A stretch of 64,000 nucleotides of DNA from Limisphaerales bacterium (GTDB taxonomy: Bacteria; Verrucomicrobiota; Verrucomicrobiia; Limisphaerales; SXTU01): contig WRPG01000001.1 of the NCBI GenBank assembly GCA_009773355.1, forward strand, positions 270,529-334,528. The letters are read 5' to 3'. Position 1 is the stretch's first letter, and each line of letters begins with the position of its first letter. The notes beneath the pieces were generated by a model. It made no database searches and was not told the DNA's origin. It saw only the letters and a program-made list of their open reading frames with translations. Positions 44,381 through 54,360 of this stretch are shown here, in pieces. Both the position numbers and the translations under genes were made by a program.

Positions 44381-45781
44381 TCACGCTGCCGGCTTGGAAG
44401 CGGCGGCGGCTTCCGCCGCCAGGGCGGCCAGCGTGACCTTGCCCGCCGCAGATTGCTCGACCTCCTGAAACCGCTCGTAGTGTTCGCGCACAGGCCCGCG
44501 CATCGCGTCCTCGCGCGTGGCCACGCTGCCGTTGCGGCTCGTGCGGAGCGCGATGAGAACATCGTGGCAGGAAATCTTCTCCAGCGGACGCGCGGGCAGG
44601 TAGGCGGTTTCCCCCTGCTGGCTTTCCGCCAATAGCCGCGCCCCGACGAGCGCCTGGAGAATCTTCCCCGCCAGGCGCGTCGGCACCCCGAGCAGTTCCG
44701 ACAGCGCCGCGCCGGTCACGGGCTTCTCCCCCGCCAGGAAGCGCCGGCCAATCTCCACCATGATCCGCAAGCCAACAAACTCGCGGCTGCGCTGGTCGAG
44801 GTTCTCCACCTGCCGCTCCTGAAAGTAGGCGCGGCGGTTCTGAAAGCTGTAGGCCACCTGCGCGCCAAAGAGCATGATGACCCACGAGAAATAGAGGCCA
44901 ATCATCACCACCGGCACCAGGCCGAGGCTGCCATACACCTTGCTGTTCGAGACCACGCGCGACACGTAGAGCACGCTCAGGAGATTGTTGAGCTGCCACA
45001 GCGTGCCGCCCACGATCCCCCCCGCCAACGCGGCTCTCCAGTTCACCTTCGTCGCCGGCAGCAGCGCGTAGAACGCCGCGAAACCCACGCTCAGGAGCGC
45101 GAACGGGAGAAACTTGAACAGGAACGCCGTCAACTGCCCGATGCCCAGCGGCATCCTCGCCAGCTTCGCCTGAAAGGCCGCAAGCTCCGTGCTCGAAGTC
45201 AGGCCAATGACCAGGATCAGCAGCACCGGCCCCAGTGTCAGCGCCGCCCAATACTGCGTCACCCGCGCGAACCAGCTCCGCCCGCGCTGGACGCCCCAGA
45301 TGTCGTTGAACGTGTCCTCGATGCGCGAGAGCATCATGATGGCGATGTAAATGAGCATCACCGCCGCGCCCGCCGACACCGCGCTGGTCTTCTGGTCGTT
45401 CACGAAATCCTTGAGCTTCTTGACCGTTTCCTTCTGGGCGCTCTCCGTCCCTTCCGCCGTCGGCACCACCGCCCCGACGACATGCTGGATCATCAGATCA
45501 AGGTGCTTGTCCCCCTCATCGCCGCGCAGAAAACCCAGCCCGATGGTCAGGACCAGCGCCAGCATCGGCACCAGCGCCAGCAGGCTGGAGTAGGCCAGGG
45601 CCGCCGCCCGCACCGGCACCCGATTGCGGACAAAGCTCCTCACCGTCAGCACCCAGAAATGCACGAACGCCTCCGGCGCGGAGAGCTTTTCCTCGTCCGC
45701 CACCGCGTCCGCGTGGTCGTCCCATGCCCGCTGCGCACCGGTGAGCAGCCGTCTGAGCCGCGACAAAACGTCGTCTGCCAT
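44381..45781 (-). CDS. YihY/BrkB family membrane protein with C-terminal Rrf2-like winged-helix domain
   Basis: AAALAYSSLLALVPML and YGSLGLVPVVMIGLYFSWVIMLFGAQV. C-terminal GLRIMVEIGRRFLAGEKPVTGAALSELLGVP. ATG at 45781. Confidence 0.8.
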   Translation of the reverse strand: MADDVLSRLRRLLTGAQRAWDDHADAVADEEKLSAPEAFVHFWVLTVRSFVRNRVPVRAAALAYSSLLALVPMLALVLTIGLGFLRGDEGDKHLDLMIQHVVGAVVPTAEGTESAQKETVKKLKDFVNDQKTSAVSAGAAVMLIYIAIMMLSRIEDTFNDIWGVQRGRSWFARVTQYWAALTLGPVLLILVIGLTSSTELAAFQAKLARMPLGIGQLTAFLFKFLPFALLSVGFAAFYALLPATKVNWRAALAGGIVGGTLWQLNNLLSVLYVSRVVSNSKVYGSLGLVPVVMIGLYFSWVIMLFGAQVAYSFQNRRAYFQERQVENLDQRSREFVGLRIMVEIGRRFLAGEKPVTGAALSELLGVPTRLAGKILQALVGARLLAESQQGETAYLPARPLEKISCHDVLIALRTSRNGSVATREDAMRGPVREHYERFQEVEQSAAGKVTLAALAAEAAAASKPAA

Positions 45782-45885
45782 GCCGCCAACCTGCCCAACC
45801 GCCCGCGTGCCGACGAGGAAAAACCCTCCGGAGGTTGTGCTTGCCAAAGCGCGGCTCCTCCCTAGATTGGGCCGCTCTTGTGGCT

Positions 45886-46254
45886 ATGACCTTGCTTGCT
45901 TCCATCGGTTTGTTCGCCGCCGAGGCCCTGCCCGGCTCCGGCCCGCAGCCCCCGCCCATGTGGACGAACCTCGTCCCGCTCGGGTTGATGATCGTGGTCT
46001 TCTACTTCCTGCTCATCCGCCCGCAGCAGAAGCAGGCCCGCCAGCAGGACGAGCTGCGCAAGGGGCTGAAGAAGGGCGACAAGGTCGTCACCAGCAGCGG
46101 CATTCTCGGCACCGTCGTCGGCGTGAAGGACAAGACCGTGACCATCCGCTCCGACGACACGAAACTGGAGCTGCTCAAGTCCGCCGTCGCCCAGGTCGTT
46201 GAAGATTTTGACAAGGCTCAAGTCGATCCGGCCCCCGCCGAAGTCAAAAAATAG
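45886..46254 (+). CDS. yajC: Preprotein translocase subunit YajC
   Basis: LIRPQQKQARQQDELRKGLKKGDKVVTSSGILGTVVGV. Confidence 0.9.
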   Translation: MTLLASIGLFAAEALPGSGPQPPPMWTNLVPLGLMIVVFYFLLIRPQQKQARQQDELRKGLKKGDKVVTSSGILGTVVGVKDKTVTIRSDDTKLELLKSAVAQVVEDFDKAQVDPAPAEVKK

Positions 46255-46284
46255 TCCGCCCCCCCTGCCCCGCTTTCTCTGCCC

Positions 46285-48855
46285 ATGCAACGCAACAATT
46301 TCTGGCGCGCCATCCTCGTCCTGTTCGTCACCCTCTGGGCGCTTTACGAGTCCTATCCGCCCGCCGCCCGCAACCTCATTGACGTCTTCGAGGAGAAGGC
46401 GACCAAGAAGGACGCGGCCTTCAACGCCATCGTCGCCAAGGCCCGCGAGTTGGACAAGCAGTTCCCCGAGCGCAATTTCGCCAACCTCCGCGACGCCGTC
46501 GGCACGAACTCGCTGACCAACTTCATCGCCCTGAGCACCACCGGCGACCAGGATCCCAACCGCGCCATCCTCAACCGGCTCCAGCAGCAGGCCGCCGGCA
46601 AGATCAAGCTGGGCCTCGACCTGCGCGGCGGCACGTCGTTCCTCGTCGGGCTGGACATGGGCAAACTGGAGGCCACGTCCGACAAACAGTCGCTCGTCAA
46701 CCAGGCCATCGAAGTGCTCCGCAAACGCGTGGACAAGTTCGGCGTGGCCGAGCCGATCATTGTCGCCGAGGGCGAGGACCGCATCCTGATCCAGATGCCC
46801 GGCTTGAGCCAGGCCGAGCGCGACGCGGTGCGCGACACGCTCACCCGCCCGGCTTTCTTGGAGTTCCGCATGGTGCATCCGCAGAGCGACCAGATGGTGG
46901 CGCAGGGCATCATGGCTCCCGGCCACGAGGTGCTCACCCAGAAGCGCAAAGGCCAGAACGGCCAGGAAACCCTCGAGCGCGTGCTCGTGAAAGTGAAGGC
47001 CGAGCGCGGCCTGACCGGCAAATACATCGAGCGCGCCGGCGTCATCCGCGACCCCGTCTCCAACCGCCCGCAGATCACCTTCAAGTTCAACAGCGAGGGC
47101 GGCAAGATTTTCGGCGAGCTGACCACCGAGCACACGCGCGAGCGCATGGCCATCGTGCTGGACGGCGAGCTTTACTCCGCGCCCGTCATCAATGAGCCAA
47201 TCCTCGGCGGCAGCGGCGTCATCAACGGTGACTTCGACCTCAAGGAAGCCTGGCAGCTCGCCAACGTGCTGGAGAACCCGCTGCAAACGCCCGTCCGCCT
47301 GCTCGACACCGAGGAAGTGGACCCGTCGCTGGGCAAGGACTCGATTGACAGCGGCATCCGCTCCGCCGTCATCGGCACCGTGGCGGTCGGCGTGTTCATG
47401 CTGGTCTACTACATGATGTCCGGCGTGGTCGCGAGCCTGGCGATGCTGCTGAACATCGTCATCCTGCTGGGCGTGATGTGCTCCATCGGCACCACCCTGA
47501 CCCTGCCGGGCATCGCGGGCGTGGTGCTCACCATCGGCATGGCGGTGGACGCCAACGTGCTGATCTTCGAGCGCATCCGCGAGGAGCTGGCCGCCGGCAA
47601 GTCCGTGCGGGGCGCGCTCAACGCCGGCTACGACCGCGCGTTCGGCACCATCTTCGACTCGAACCTCACCACGCTCATCGCCTCGGTCATCCTCATCTAT
47701 CTCGGCACCGGCCCGGTGAAGGGTTTCGGCGTGACGCTCACCATCGGCATCTCGGTGAGCATGTTCACCTCGCTGCTGGCCACGCGGCTGGTCTTCGACT
47801 GGCTGCTGGCGAAGAACCTCCTCAACCTGTCCATGCTGCACCTCGTCAAGGGCAGCAGCATTGACTTCATGAAGTGGTCCAAGCCGGCCTTCGCCGCCTC
47901 GTGGGTCATCATCATCGTCGGCCTCGGCTACGGGGCGGTCGTGCGCGGCAAGCAAACCCTGAGCGTGGACTTCGTGGGCGGCGACGCGCTGACGTTCTCC
48001 TTCGCCAAGCGCGTGGAGACGGACAAGCTCCGCGAGCTGATCGGCGCGGTTGAGTTCCACGAGCCGGCCGAGGCCGGCGGCCAGGCCGCCGCCCGCGTCC
48101 GCAAGGTGGGCGACCCGCTGGTCTCGTATCAGCAGAACCGCGCCAAGGGCACGGAGAGCCTCCGCGTGACCGTGCCCTCCGGGGCCGGCGTGGTGGTGAA
48201 GGACGCGATGTTGAAGCGCTTCCCCGACGCGCAGTTCAAGCTGGAGCAGTCCCGGCAGGTGGGGGCGATCATCGGCGGCGAGATCATGCGCAGCGCGCTG
48301 CTGGCGCTGGGCCTGTCCCTCTTCGGCATCCTGGTCTATGTGGCGTTCCGCTACGAGTTCAGCTTCGCCGTGGGCGCGGTGGTGGCGGTGGCGCACGACG
48401 TGTTGATGACCGCCGGCATTTACTGCCTGACGGGACTGGTGGGCGAGGGCCGGCAGTTCAACGCCACGACGGTCGCCGCGCTCCTGACCATCGTCGGCTT
48501 CTCCATCAACGACACCATCGTCATCTTCGACCGCATCCGCGAGGACTTGAAGCTGGGCATCCGCGGCTCGTTCGCGGACATCCTGAACCGCGCGCTGAAC
48601 CAGACCCTGAGCCGCACCATCATCACCAGCGGCACGGTGTTCATCGCCACGGTGGCGCTCTACGCCTTCGGCGGCGGCCCCATCAACGACTTCGCGTTCA
48701 TGTTCCTCGTCGGGGTCATCACCGGCACCTACTCGTCCATCTACATCGCCAGCGCCATCGTGCTCTGGTGGCACAAGGGCCAGCGCCCGGACATCGGCGG
48801 CAACACCATCGCCGTGGGTGTGGCGGAGACGGCGGGCGAAGTGCGGGTGGGGTGA
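46285..48855 (+). CDS. secDF: Fused protein-export membrane protein SecDF
   Basis: 856 aa. SecD (LGLDLRGG, PGIAGVVLTIGMAVDANVLIFERIREE) and SecF (GFSINDTIVIFDRIRED) signatures. Confidence 0.95.
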   Translation: MQRNNFWRAILVLFVTLWALYESYPPAARNLIDVFEEKATKKDAAFNAIVAKARELDKQFPERNFANLRDAVGTNSLTNFIALSTTGDQDPNRAILNRLQQQAAGKIKLGLDLRGGTSFLVGLDMGKLEATSDKQSLVNQAIEVLRKRVDKFGVAEPIIVAEGEDRILIQMPGLSQAERDAVRDTLTRPAFLEFRMVHPQSDQMVAQGIMAPGHEVLTQKRKGQNGQETLERVLVKVKAERGLTGKYIERAGVIRDPVSNRPQITFKFNSEGGKIFGELTTEHTRERMAIVLDGELYSAPVINEPILGGSGVINGDFDLKEAWQLANVLENPLQTPVRLLDTEEVDPSLGKDSIDSGIRSAVIGTVAVGVFMLVYYMMSGVVASLAMLLNIVILLGVMCSIGTTLTLPGIAGVVLTIGMAVDANVLIFERIREELAAGKSVRGALNAGYDRAFGTIFDSNLTTLIASVILIYLGTGPVKGFGVTLTIGISVSMFTSLLATRLVFDWLLAKNLLNLSMLHLVKGSSIDFMKWSKPAFAASWVIIIVGLGYGAVVRGKQTLSVDFVGGDALTFSFAKRVETDKLRELIGAVEFHEPAEAGGQAAARVRKVGDPLVSYQQNRAKGTESLRVTVPSGAGVVVKDAMLKRFPDAQFKLEQSRQVGAIIGGEIMRSALLALGLSLFGILVYVAFRYEFSFAVGAVVAVAHDVLMTAGIYCLTGLVGEGRQFNATTVAALLTIVGFSINDTIVIFDRIREDLKLGIRGSFADILNRALNQTLSRTIITSGTVFIATVALYAFGGGPINDFAFMFLVGVITGTYSSIYIASAIVLWWHKGQRPDIGGNTIAVGVAETAGEVRVG

Positions 48856-48881
48856 TGTTCCGTTGGCCGGGCAGCGTCGGT

Positions 48882-48994
48882 GGAATGACCTGTTTCCAAT
48901 GACGCAAGGCCCAATGACCAAGGTCCGGCGACAACCCGGGGACATTGGAGCTTGGGCATTCATTGGACATTGGAAATCGGTCATCGGACATTCC
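48882..48994. repeat. ~110-bp imperfect palindrome built of 7/14-nt CATTGG/CCAATG-type units
   Basis: Left arm AATGACCTGTTTCC AATGACGCAAGGCC CAATGACCAAGGTCC. Right arm GGACATTGGAGCTT GGGCATTCATTGGA CATTGGAAATCGGT CATCGGACATTCC. Confidence 0.8.
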
Positions 48995-49001
48995 TGACAC
49001 T

Positions 49002-49985
49002 GTGCTGGGCCTCATCGAAATCACCCCGTGGCACTACGCCGGCTTTGTCGCCGCCGTGCTGGTGTTCCTCGCGCTGGACCTCGGCGTGTTCCACCGCGAG
49101 GCGCACGTCGTGAAGTTCCGCGAGGCGCTGGCGTGGACCGCGCTCTGGTTCGCGCTGGCGATGGCCTTCGCCGGCCTCATCAAGCTCAACCGACCACAGG
49201 GCGAGGCGATTGACTTCGTCACCGGCTACATCATCGAGCTGAGCCTCTCGATGGACAATGTCTTCGTCATCGCGCTCATCTTCACCTACTTCCGCGTGCC
49301 GTTGGCCCAGCAGCACCGCGTCCTCTTCTGGGGCATCATGGGCGCGCTCATCATGCGCGGCGTGATGATTGGCGCGGGCGCGGCGCTCATCAAACAGTTC
49401 CACTGGCTGCTCTACGTGATGGGCGGCTTCCTCGTCTTCACCGGCATCAAGATGCTCTTCGTGGACGACGACGGCGTGCATCCCGAGAAAAACCCGGCCA
49501 TCAAGCTGGCGAAGAAGTTCTTCCCGGTGACGCACGCGTTCGACGGACAGAAGTTCGTGACGCGGCTCGACGGTCGGACCGCCCTCACGCCGCTGGCCCT
49601 CGTGCTGGTGATGGTGGAAACCACCGACCTCATTTTCGCGGTGGACTCCATCCCCGCCATTTTCGCCGTCACGCAGAACCCCTTCATCGTCTTCACGTCG
49701 AACGTCTTCGCCATCCTTGGCCTGCGCTCGCTCTACTTCGTGCTGGCGGGGGCGATTGGCTTCTTCCGCTACCTGAAGGTCGGCCTGTCCATCGTGCTCG
49801 CCTTCATCGGTGTGAAGATGCTGCTGGGCATCTGGGACATCCAGATCCGCTCCGGCATCTCCCTCACCATCGTGCTGGCCATCATCCTCACCTCCATGGC
49901 CGCCTCCATCGTCGTCGCCCGCCGTGAGGGCAAGCACCTGCCGGCTGACGATGATCCCGACGCCCCGCCTACGGCACCGGCGTGA
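49002..49985 (+). CDS. TerC family integral membrane protein
   Basis: FLALDLGVFHREAH, ELSLSMDNVFVIALIF and DLIFAVDSIPAIFAVT. I prefer the GTG at 49002, because the track N-terminus (48945) only translates the repeat. Confidence 0.85.
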   Translation: MLGLIEITPWHYAGFVAAVLVFLALDLGVFHREAHVVKFREALAWTALWFALAMAFAGLIKLNRPQGEAIDFVTGYIIELSLSMDNVFVIALIFTYFRVPLAQQHRVLFWGIMGALIMRGVMIGAGAALIKQFHWLLYVMGGFLVFTGIKMLFVDDDGVHPEKNPAIKLAKKFFPVTHAFDGQKFVTRLDGRTALTPLALVLVMVETTDLIFAVDSIPAIFAVTQNPFIVFTSNVFAILGLRSLYFVLAGAIGFFRYLKVGLSIVLAFIGVKMLLGIWDIQIRSGISLTIVLAIILTSMAASIVVARREGKHLPADDDPDAPPTAPA

Positions 49986-50658
49986 TCTCGACCTTCCGCA
50001 CCACGGTCGTCGTCTGGTAGGTGGCGATGCCGAAGGGGACGGAGCTTTCGATTTCCCCGAAGCGCATGGAGATGCGGCGCTCCTTGATGTCCTGGTCCAC
50101 GACCTTCTCGTCGTTGATCCACGTCTCCAGCTTCGCCGGCGTCACCTTCATGCGGATGCGGAACCACTTGTCCTTGTCGTAGCCGAGGAACTTGGTGGTG
50201 TCGTTCTCCGAGGCGTCCAGGCCGTCAATGCTGGAGATGCCGGTGGTCGCGCCGCCCCAGCCGCCCAGCACCAACGTCGCGTGCGCCTCGGCGACGGGGA
50301 AGGTGAGGCCGATGAAGAAATCGTTGCCCTGCACCTTGAGCGCTTCGAGCGTGATTTCGAAGTTCTGCTTCGGCACCGGGTTGGTGAAGGTGATGCCGCT
50401 GAGGGACTGCCCGGCCTCGATGAGGATGACCGGGCCTTGGCCGCGAAAGTTCGGCTCCACCTTGGTCTCGCCTGCCCCGGCGAAGCCGGAGTCTTTCCAG
50501 CCGGCGAGGGACTTGCCATCGAAGAGGTTCTTGGCGGCGGAAGCGGCCCCGGCCTGGGCGGGGGCGGGCTTGTCCTTGCAGCAGTCGCAGTCGGAAGAGG
50601 CGCAGCCATTCAGGAAGAGGGCGCACAGGAGAACGAAGATCGGGGCGATGGATTTCAT
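49969..50658 (-). CDS. DUF1080 domain lipoprotein
   Basis: Lipobox LFLNGC. LFDGKSLAGWK and the lectin-like DUF1080 body. Its 3' end overlaps the terC 3' end by 17 nt (convergent genes). Confidence 0.8.
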   Translation of the reverse strand: MKSIAPIFVLLCALFLNGCASSDCDCCKDKPAPAQAGAASAAKNLFDGKSLAGWKDSGFAGAGETKVEPNFRGQGPVILIEAGQSLSGITFTNPVPKQNFEITLEALKVQGNDFFIGLTFPVAEAHATLVLGGWGGATTGISSIDGLDASENDTTKFLGYDKDKWFRIRMKVTPAKLETWINDEKVVDQDIKERRISMRFGEIESSVPFGIATYQTTTVVRKVEITPVP

Positions 50659-50712
50659 GTCTGAGATGGTGGGCAAGAACGTGGCTTTCGACGGCCGGGG
50701 CGCAAGGTCACT

Positions 50713-51624
50713 TCATTGACGAGGACGCGCGGGCTTCCACGCGTAGCTCGACTGCTGGAACGCGCCGTTGAGCTTCAGGCTGCCGTCGCGGAAGACCTCC
50801 AGCACGCCGGACGCAGTGTGCTCCGGGCCGCTGCCTTCCACCATCGCCATGAGCGTGCAGTAATGGATGCCGCCGACCTCGCGGTAATCGTTACGATGGT
50901 GGTGGCCTTGGAAGACGGCGAGCACGTTGCCGGCGCGTTCCAGAATCTCCCGCACGGCTGGCGCGCTCTTCACGGCATACTCGCCCGGGATGTCGAGGCG
51001 CTGATGCACGAAGACAATCGTGGGCTTCCGCGCCGCCGCCAAGTCCTCCGCGAGCCAGCAGCGCTGCGTCTCGGGAATCTCGGTGTCCGTCCACTTGAAG
51101 TTCTTCGCACCGTAGGCCGTGCCGTCCGCGCGGAAGCAGGCGTCCAGCACGACGAAGTGAAAGCCCGCGTGGTCCCACGAGTAAGGACCGGGCTTCGCCG
51201 CGCAGTTCGCGTGGAACTGCTCCTTCGTCAGCGTCCAGACGCAGTGGTTGCCAAGCACGTAGTGGCGCGGGCCACGGAATTTGGCGAACTCCGCCTCGAC
51301 GGTCTTGAGATGCGCAACCTCGCCCTCCGCCGTCGTCGCCTCGTCAATGTAGTCGCCCAGTTCCACTGCGAAGTCCGCCTTCGCCTCGTTGAAACGCTCC
51401 ACCGCCGTGCGCACCTTGCCGAGCGACTCGCGGTAATGACGCTTGCCCTTCGCCGGGATGTCCGCGTAGTGCGGGTCCGTGAGCGGGCCGATGCGGAGGG
51501 CGGGTGTGACCGTGGCTTCGGCGGCGAGTGAATCAGCGAGGCCCGACGCAGTGGTCATCAGCAATGCGCCGCGTCGGAGGAACGCCCTTCGGCCAAGCTG
51601 CGGATGACGCGCATCGTGATTCAC
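50713..51624 (-). CDS. Calcineurin-like metallophosphoesterase with Tat signal
   Basis: GRRAFLRRGALLMTTASG, LGDYIDE, VLGNHC and GHHHRNDY. I prefer the GTG at 51624, 6 nt after the actP stop. Confidence 0.75.
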   Translation of the reverse strand: MNHDARHPQLGRRAFLRRGALLMTTASGLADSLAAEATVTPALRIGPLTDPHYADIPAKGKRHYRESLGKVRTAVERFNEAKADFAVELGDYIDEATTAEGEVAHLKTVEAEFAKFRGPRHYVLGNHCVWTLTKEQFHANCAAKPGPYSWDHAGFHFVVLDACFRADGTAYGAKNFKWTDTEIPETQRCWLAEDLAAARKPTIVFVHQRLDIPGEYAVKSAPAVREILERAGNVLAVFQGHHHRNDYREVGGIHYCTLMAMVEGSGPEHTASGVLEVFRDGSLKLNGAFQQSSYAWKPARPRQ

Positions 51625-51629
51625 ACGGT

Positions 51630-53270
51630 TCAGTGTGCGGTGGCCTTTTCCGCACCGAGACCAGTGTTCGCGCGGACGGTCAGCTCGGCGAACTTCGCCT
51701 CGCTCGTGTGGTCGTTGCTCATCAGCGTGGCAATCCACGCGGCGAGGAAGCCCAGCGGGATGCTCACGATGCCGGGGTTCTTGAGCGGGAACAGCGGCGC
51801 GGCGTTGATGAGCGCCTTGCCATTGGCGTCCATGACGCTCGGGCTGAGAATGATGAGGACGATGGAGCCGACGAGGCCGACGCCAAGGCCCCAGACCGCG
51901 CCCGCCGTGTTGAAGCGCTTCCAGAAGAGGGAGAGCACGATGACCGGCAGGTTCGCGCTCGCGGCGACGGCGAAGGCGAGGCCGACGAGGAACGCGACGT
52001 TGATGGTCTGGAGCTTGATGGCGAGGAAGATGGCCACCGCGCCGACAACGAACGCCGCGATGCGCGCGACGCGGACTTCCTCGCCGGGCGCACGCTCGCG
52101 TCCGTGGTGGAGGACGTTCGTGTAGAAGTCATGCGCGAAGCTCGTGCTGGCGCTGATGGTCAGACCGGCGACGACCGCGAGGATGGTTGCGAAGGCCACC
52201 GCGCTGATGAAGGCGAAGAAAATTTCTCCGCCGAGCGCCTGGGCCAGCAGCGGGGCGCTCATGTTCTCCACGCTGATCTTGCCCGGCGTGAGAATCGTCG
52301 CCGCGCCGAAACCGAGCAGGGTGGTCATGATGTAGAACGCGCCGATGATGATCATCGCCCACACCACGCTGATGCGCGCGGTCTTCGCGTCCGGCACGGT
52401 GTAGAACCGCACAAGGACATGCGGCAGGCCGGCGGTGCCGAACACCAGCGCGAGGCCGAGCGAGATGAGGTCAATCGGCCCCCAGCCCTTCGTGACTTCG
52501 AGGCCGAAGATGAGGCCGGGCTTGAGGAAGTCCTTGTGGACGATGGTTCCGTCCGGGCCGGCCACGGGGACTTTGCCGACGGCCTCGAAGAATTTCACGA
52601 AGCTGTAATCAAAGTGCCTCAGCACGAGCACGCTCAGGAAGAGCGAGCCGCTCATGAGCAGCACGGCCTTGATGATTTGCACCCAGGTCGTCGCCAGCAT
52701 CCCGCCGAAGACGACATAGACAATCATCAGCACGCCGACGCCCGTGACGGCCCATTCGTAGCCGATGCCGGGCAGGAGGAGCTTCACCAGCGCGCCCGCG
52801 CCGACCATTTGCGCGATCATGTAGAACGTCGAGACGGTGAGCGTGGAGAGCGAGGCCATCGCGCGCACGGGGCGCGGGCTGAGGCGGTAGGCGAGCACGT
52901 CGGCCATCGTGTATTTGCCGGCGTTGCGCAGCGGCTCGGCGACGACCAGCAGCACGGTGAGATACGCCACGAGCCAGCCGACGGAATACATGAAGCCATC
53001 GTAGCCCTTGAAGGCGATCATGCCCGCGATGCCGAGGAAGCTTGCCGCGCTCATGTAGTCGCCGGCGACCGCGAGGCCGTTCTGCCACGCGGTGATGCCG
53101 CGCCCTGCGGCGAAGTAATTGCTCGCCCCGGTGGACTTGCGCGCGGACCAGTAGGTGATGCCCAGCGTGATGAGGACAAAGGTGAGGAACATCCCAAGCG
53201 CGGGCGTGAAGTGGAAGCCGGTTGAGGCCGGTGCGCCAGTCGTGGCGGCGGCAGCGAGGAGGAAGCTCAT
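51630..53270 (-). CDS. actP: Cation/acetate symporter (SSS family, ActP-like)
   Basis: 546-aa multi-[33 protein letters not shown]. Its start is coupled to the upstream DUF485 gene (ATGA). Confidence 0.9.
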   Translation of the reverse strand: MSFLLAAAATTGAPASTGFHFTPALGMFLTFVLITLGITYWSARKSTGASNYFAAGRGITAWQNGLAVAGDYMSAASFLGIAGMIAFKGYDGFMYSVGWLVAYLTVLLVVAEPLRNAGKYTMADVLAYRLSPRPVRAMASLSTLTVSTFYMIAQMVGAGALVKLLLPGIGYEWAVTGVGVLMIVYVVFGGMLATTWVQIIKAVLLMSGSLFLSVLVLRHFDYSFVKFFEAVGKVPVAGPDGTIVHKDFLKPGLIFGLEVTKGWGPIDLISLGLALVFGTAGLPHVLVRFYTVPDAKTARISVVWAMIIIGAFYIMTTLLGFGAATILTPGKISVENMSAPLLAQALGGEIFFAFISAVAFATILAVVAGLTISASTSFAHDFYTNVLHHGRERAPGEEVRVARIAAFVVGAVAIFLAIKLQTINVAFLVGLAFAVAASANLPVIVLSLFWKRFNTAGAVWGLGVGLVGSIVLIILSPSVMDANGKALINAAPLFPLKNPGIVSIPLGFLAAWIATLMSNDHTSEAKFAELTVRANTGLGAEKATAH

Positions 53271-53707
53271 TCCGGCTTCGCTCCTTTCGGCTGGTCGAGA
53301 CGCGCGATGATTTGCCGGGCCTCCTCATCGAACTTCGCCGCCTTGCGCAGATAGACAAACGCCACGGCCCACGCCATGAAGAACTGCGACAGCGCGAAGA
53401 CGTAGGCGAGGTTCACCGGCCCGATGCGCTTCTCCATCAGCTCGGGAAACCAGCCGACCAGCACCGGCAGCGCGAAGTAATAAACCACGAAGAACAGCGT
53501 CGCCGGCACGATGAAGGCGATCTTGGCTTTAAGCAGCGCCTTGAACTGCTCCATCGCCGCCACGCGGTCCCAGTCCACCACGTCCGCGTCCTCGTCGGCG
53601 GTCTGCTCGTGGGCGGGCGGCGGGCTGGTGTGGCCGAGGCGGGCCACGTCAGTTTCCGCGCTGACCTCGGGCGTCAGGTCGCGGTCGGGGTTTGGGTCTT
53701 CAGGCAT
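53267..53707 (-). CDS. DUF485 (YjcH-like) membrane protein
   Basis: [40 protein letters not shown] at 53707. Confidence 0.85.
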   Translation of the reverse strand: MPEDPNPDRDLTPEVSAETDVARLGHTSPPPAHEQTADEDADVVDWDRVAAMEQFKALLKAKIAFIVPATLFFVVYYFALPVLVGWFPELMEKRIGPVNLAYVFALSQFFMAWAVAFVYLRKAAKFDEEARQIIARLDQPKGAKPE

Positions 53708-53868
53708 AGTGGTAAAGCGCGCGTCAGGATGGGAAACAGCCGGGAGCAGGTCAAGGCGCGAGGCCAAAAGTTTTGCGGACCGCTGGGAGCAACAGCGCCG
53801 GGCGGCGGGGAGACAATTCCCGTGCCGCAGTGAATTTCCCCTTCCGTTCCGCCCGGCCATTTGCTCTA

Positions 53869-54213
53869 ATGCGCCAGCACATGAAGGACGAGTCCGTTGA
53901 TCTCGGCATTTGGGACAAGCTCACCCGGGCGGTGATGTTCCTCCTCGTCGTCGCCATCGTCACTGGCATCGGCTACCTCTGCGTCCCCCTCATCCAGCAG
54001 AACGAGCGCATGCGCCAGCGCAACCTCGAACTCGAGGCCAGCATCCAGCGCGAGGAAGACGCCGCCCGCCAGCTCAAGGCCGGCCTCGACGCCCAGCGCT
54101 CCGACCCCAAGGCCGTGGAGCGCCTCGCCCGCGAGAAGCTCGGCTACGCCAAGCCCGGCGAAGTCGTCATCCGCTTTCAGGAGCCGGCGGCCGGCGCGAC
54201 TGGCAAGCCCTGA
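53869..54213 (+). CDS. ftsB: Septum formation initiator (FtsB/DivIC family)
   Basis: One TM, then a coiled coil, then the KAVERLAREKLGYAKPGEVVIRF motif. The start is either 53869 or 53881. Confidence 0.75.
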   Translation: MRQHMKDESVDLGIWDKLTRAVMFLLVVAIVTGIGYLCVPLIQQNERMRQRNLELEASIQREEDAARQLKAGLDAQRSDPKAVERLAREKLGYAKPGEVVIRFQEPAAGATGKP

Positions 54214-54360
54214 CGGCGCGGCGTTGCTGTTCGCCGGGAGCTTTTCCGGCTCGCGCCGAGGTTTTCCAATTCCAGGCTTGCAATGACTCCCCCCTTGGCT
54301 AGCTTCCCGCTTCCGCTGCGGCCCAAACGCCGGGCGTAGCGTCCGAATCCAGACACTTTT

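Noticed and set aside
45862-48984. 1040-aa ORF on the minus strand, the longest ORF in the track
   Set aside because: It lies exactly antisense to, and codon-aligned with, yajC and secDF, whose products carry clear family motifs. Its translation is Arg/Gly/Asp/His/Ala-rich with no motifs. In a high-GC gene the codon-aligned antisense frame only stops at sense TTA/CTA/TCA codons, which are rare here.
48856-49001. yybP-ykoY (Mn2+) riboswitch upstream of terC
   Set aside because: The conserved core sequences are not visible, and the region is explained by the CATTGG-unit palindrome. Only a cmscan could exclude it formally.
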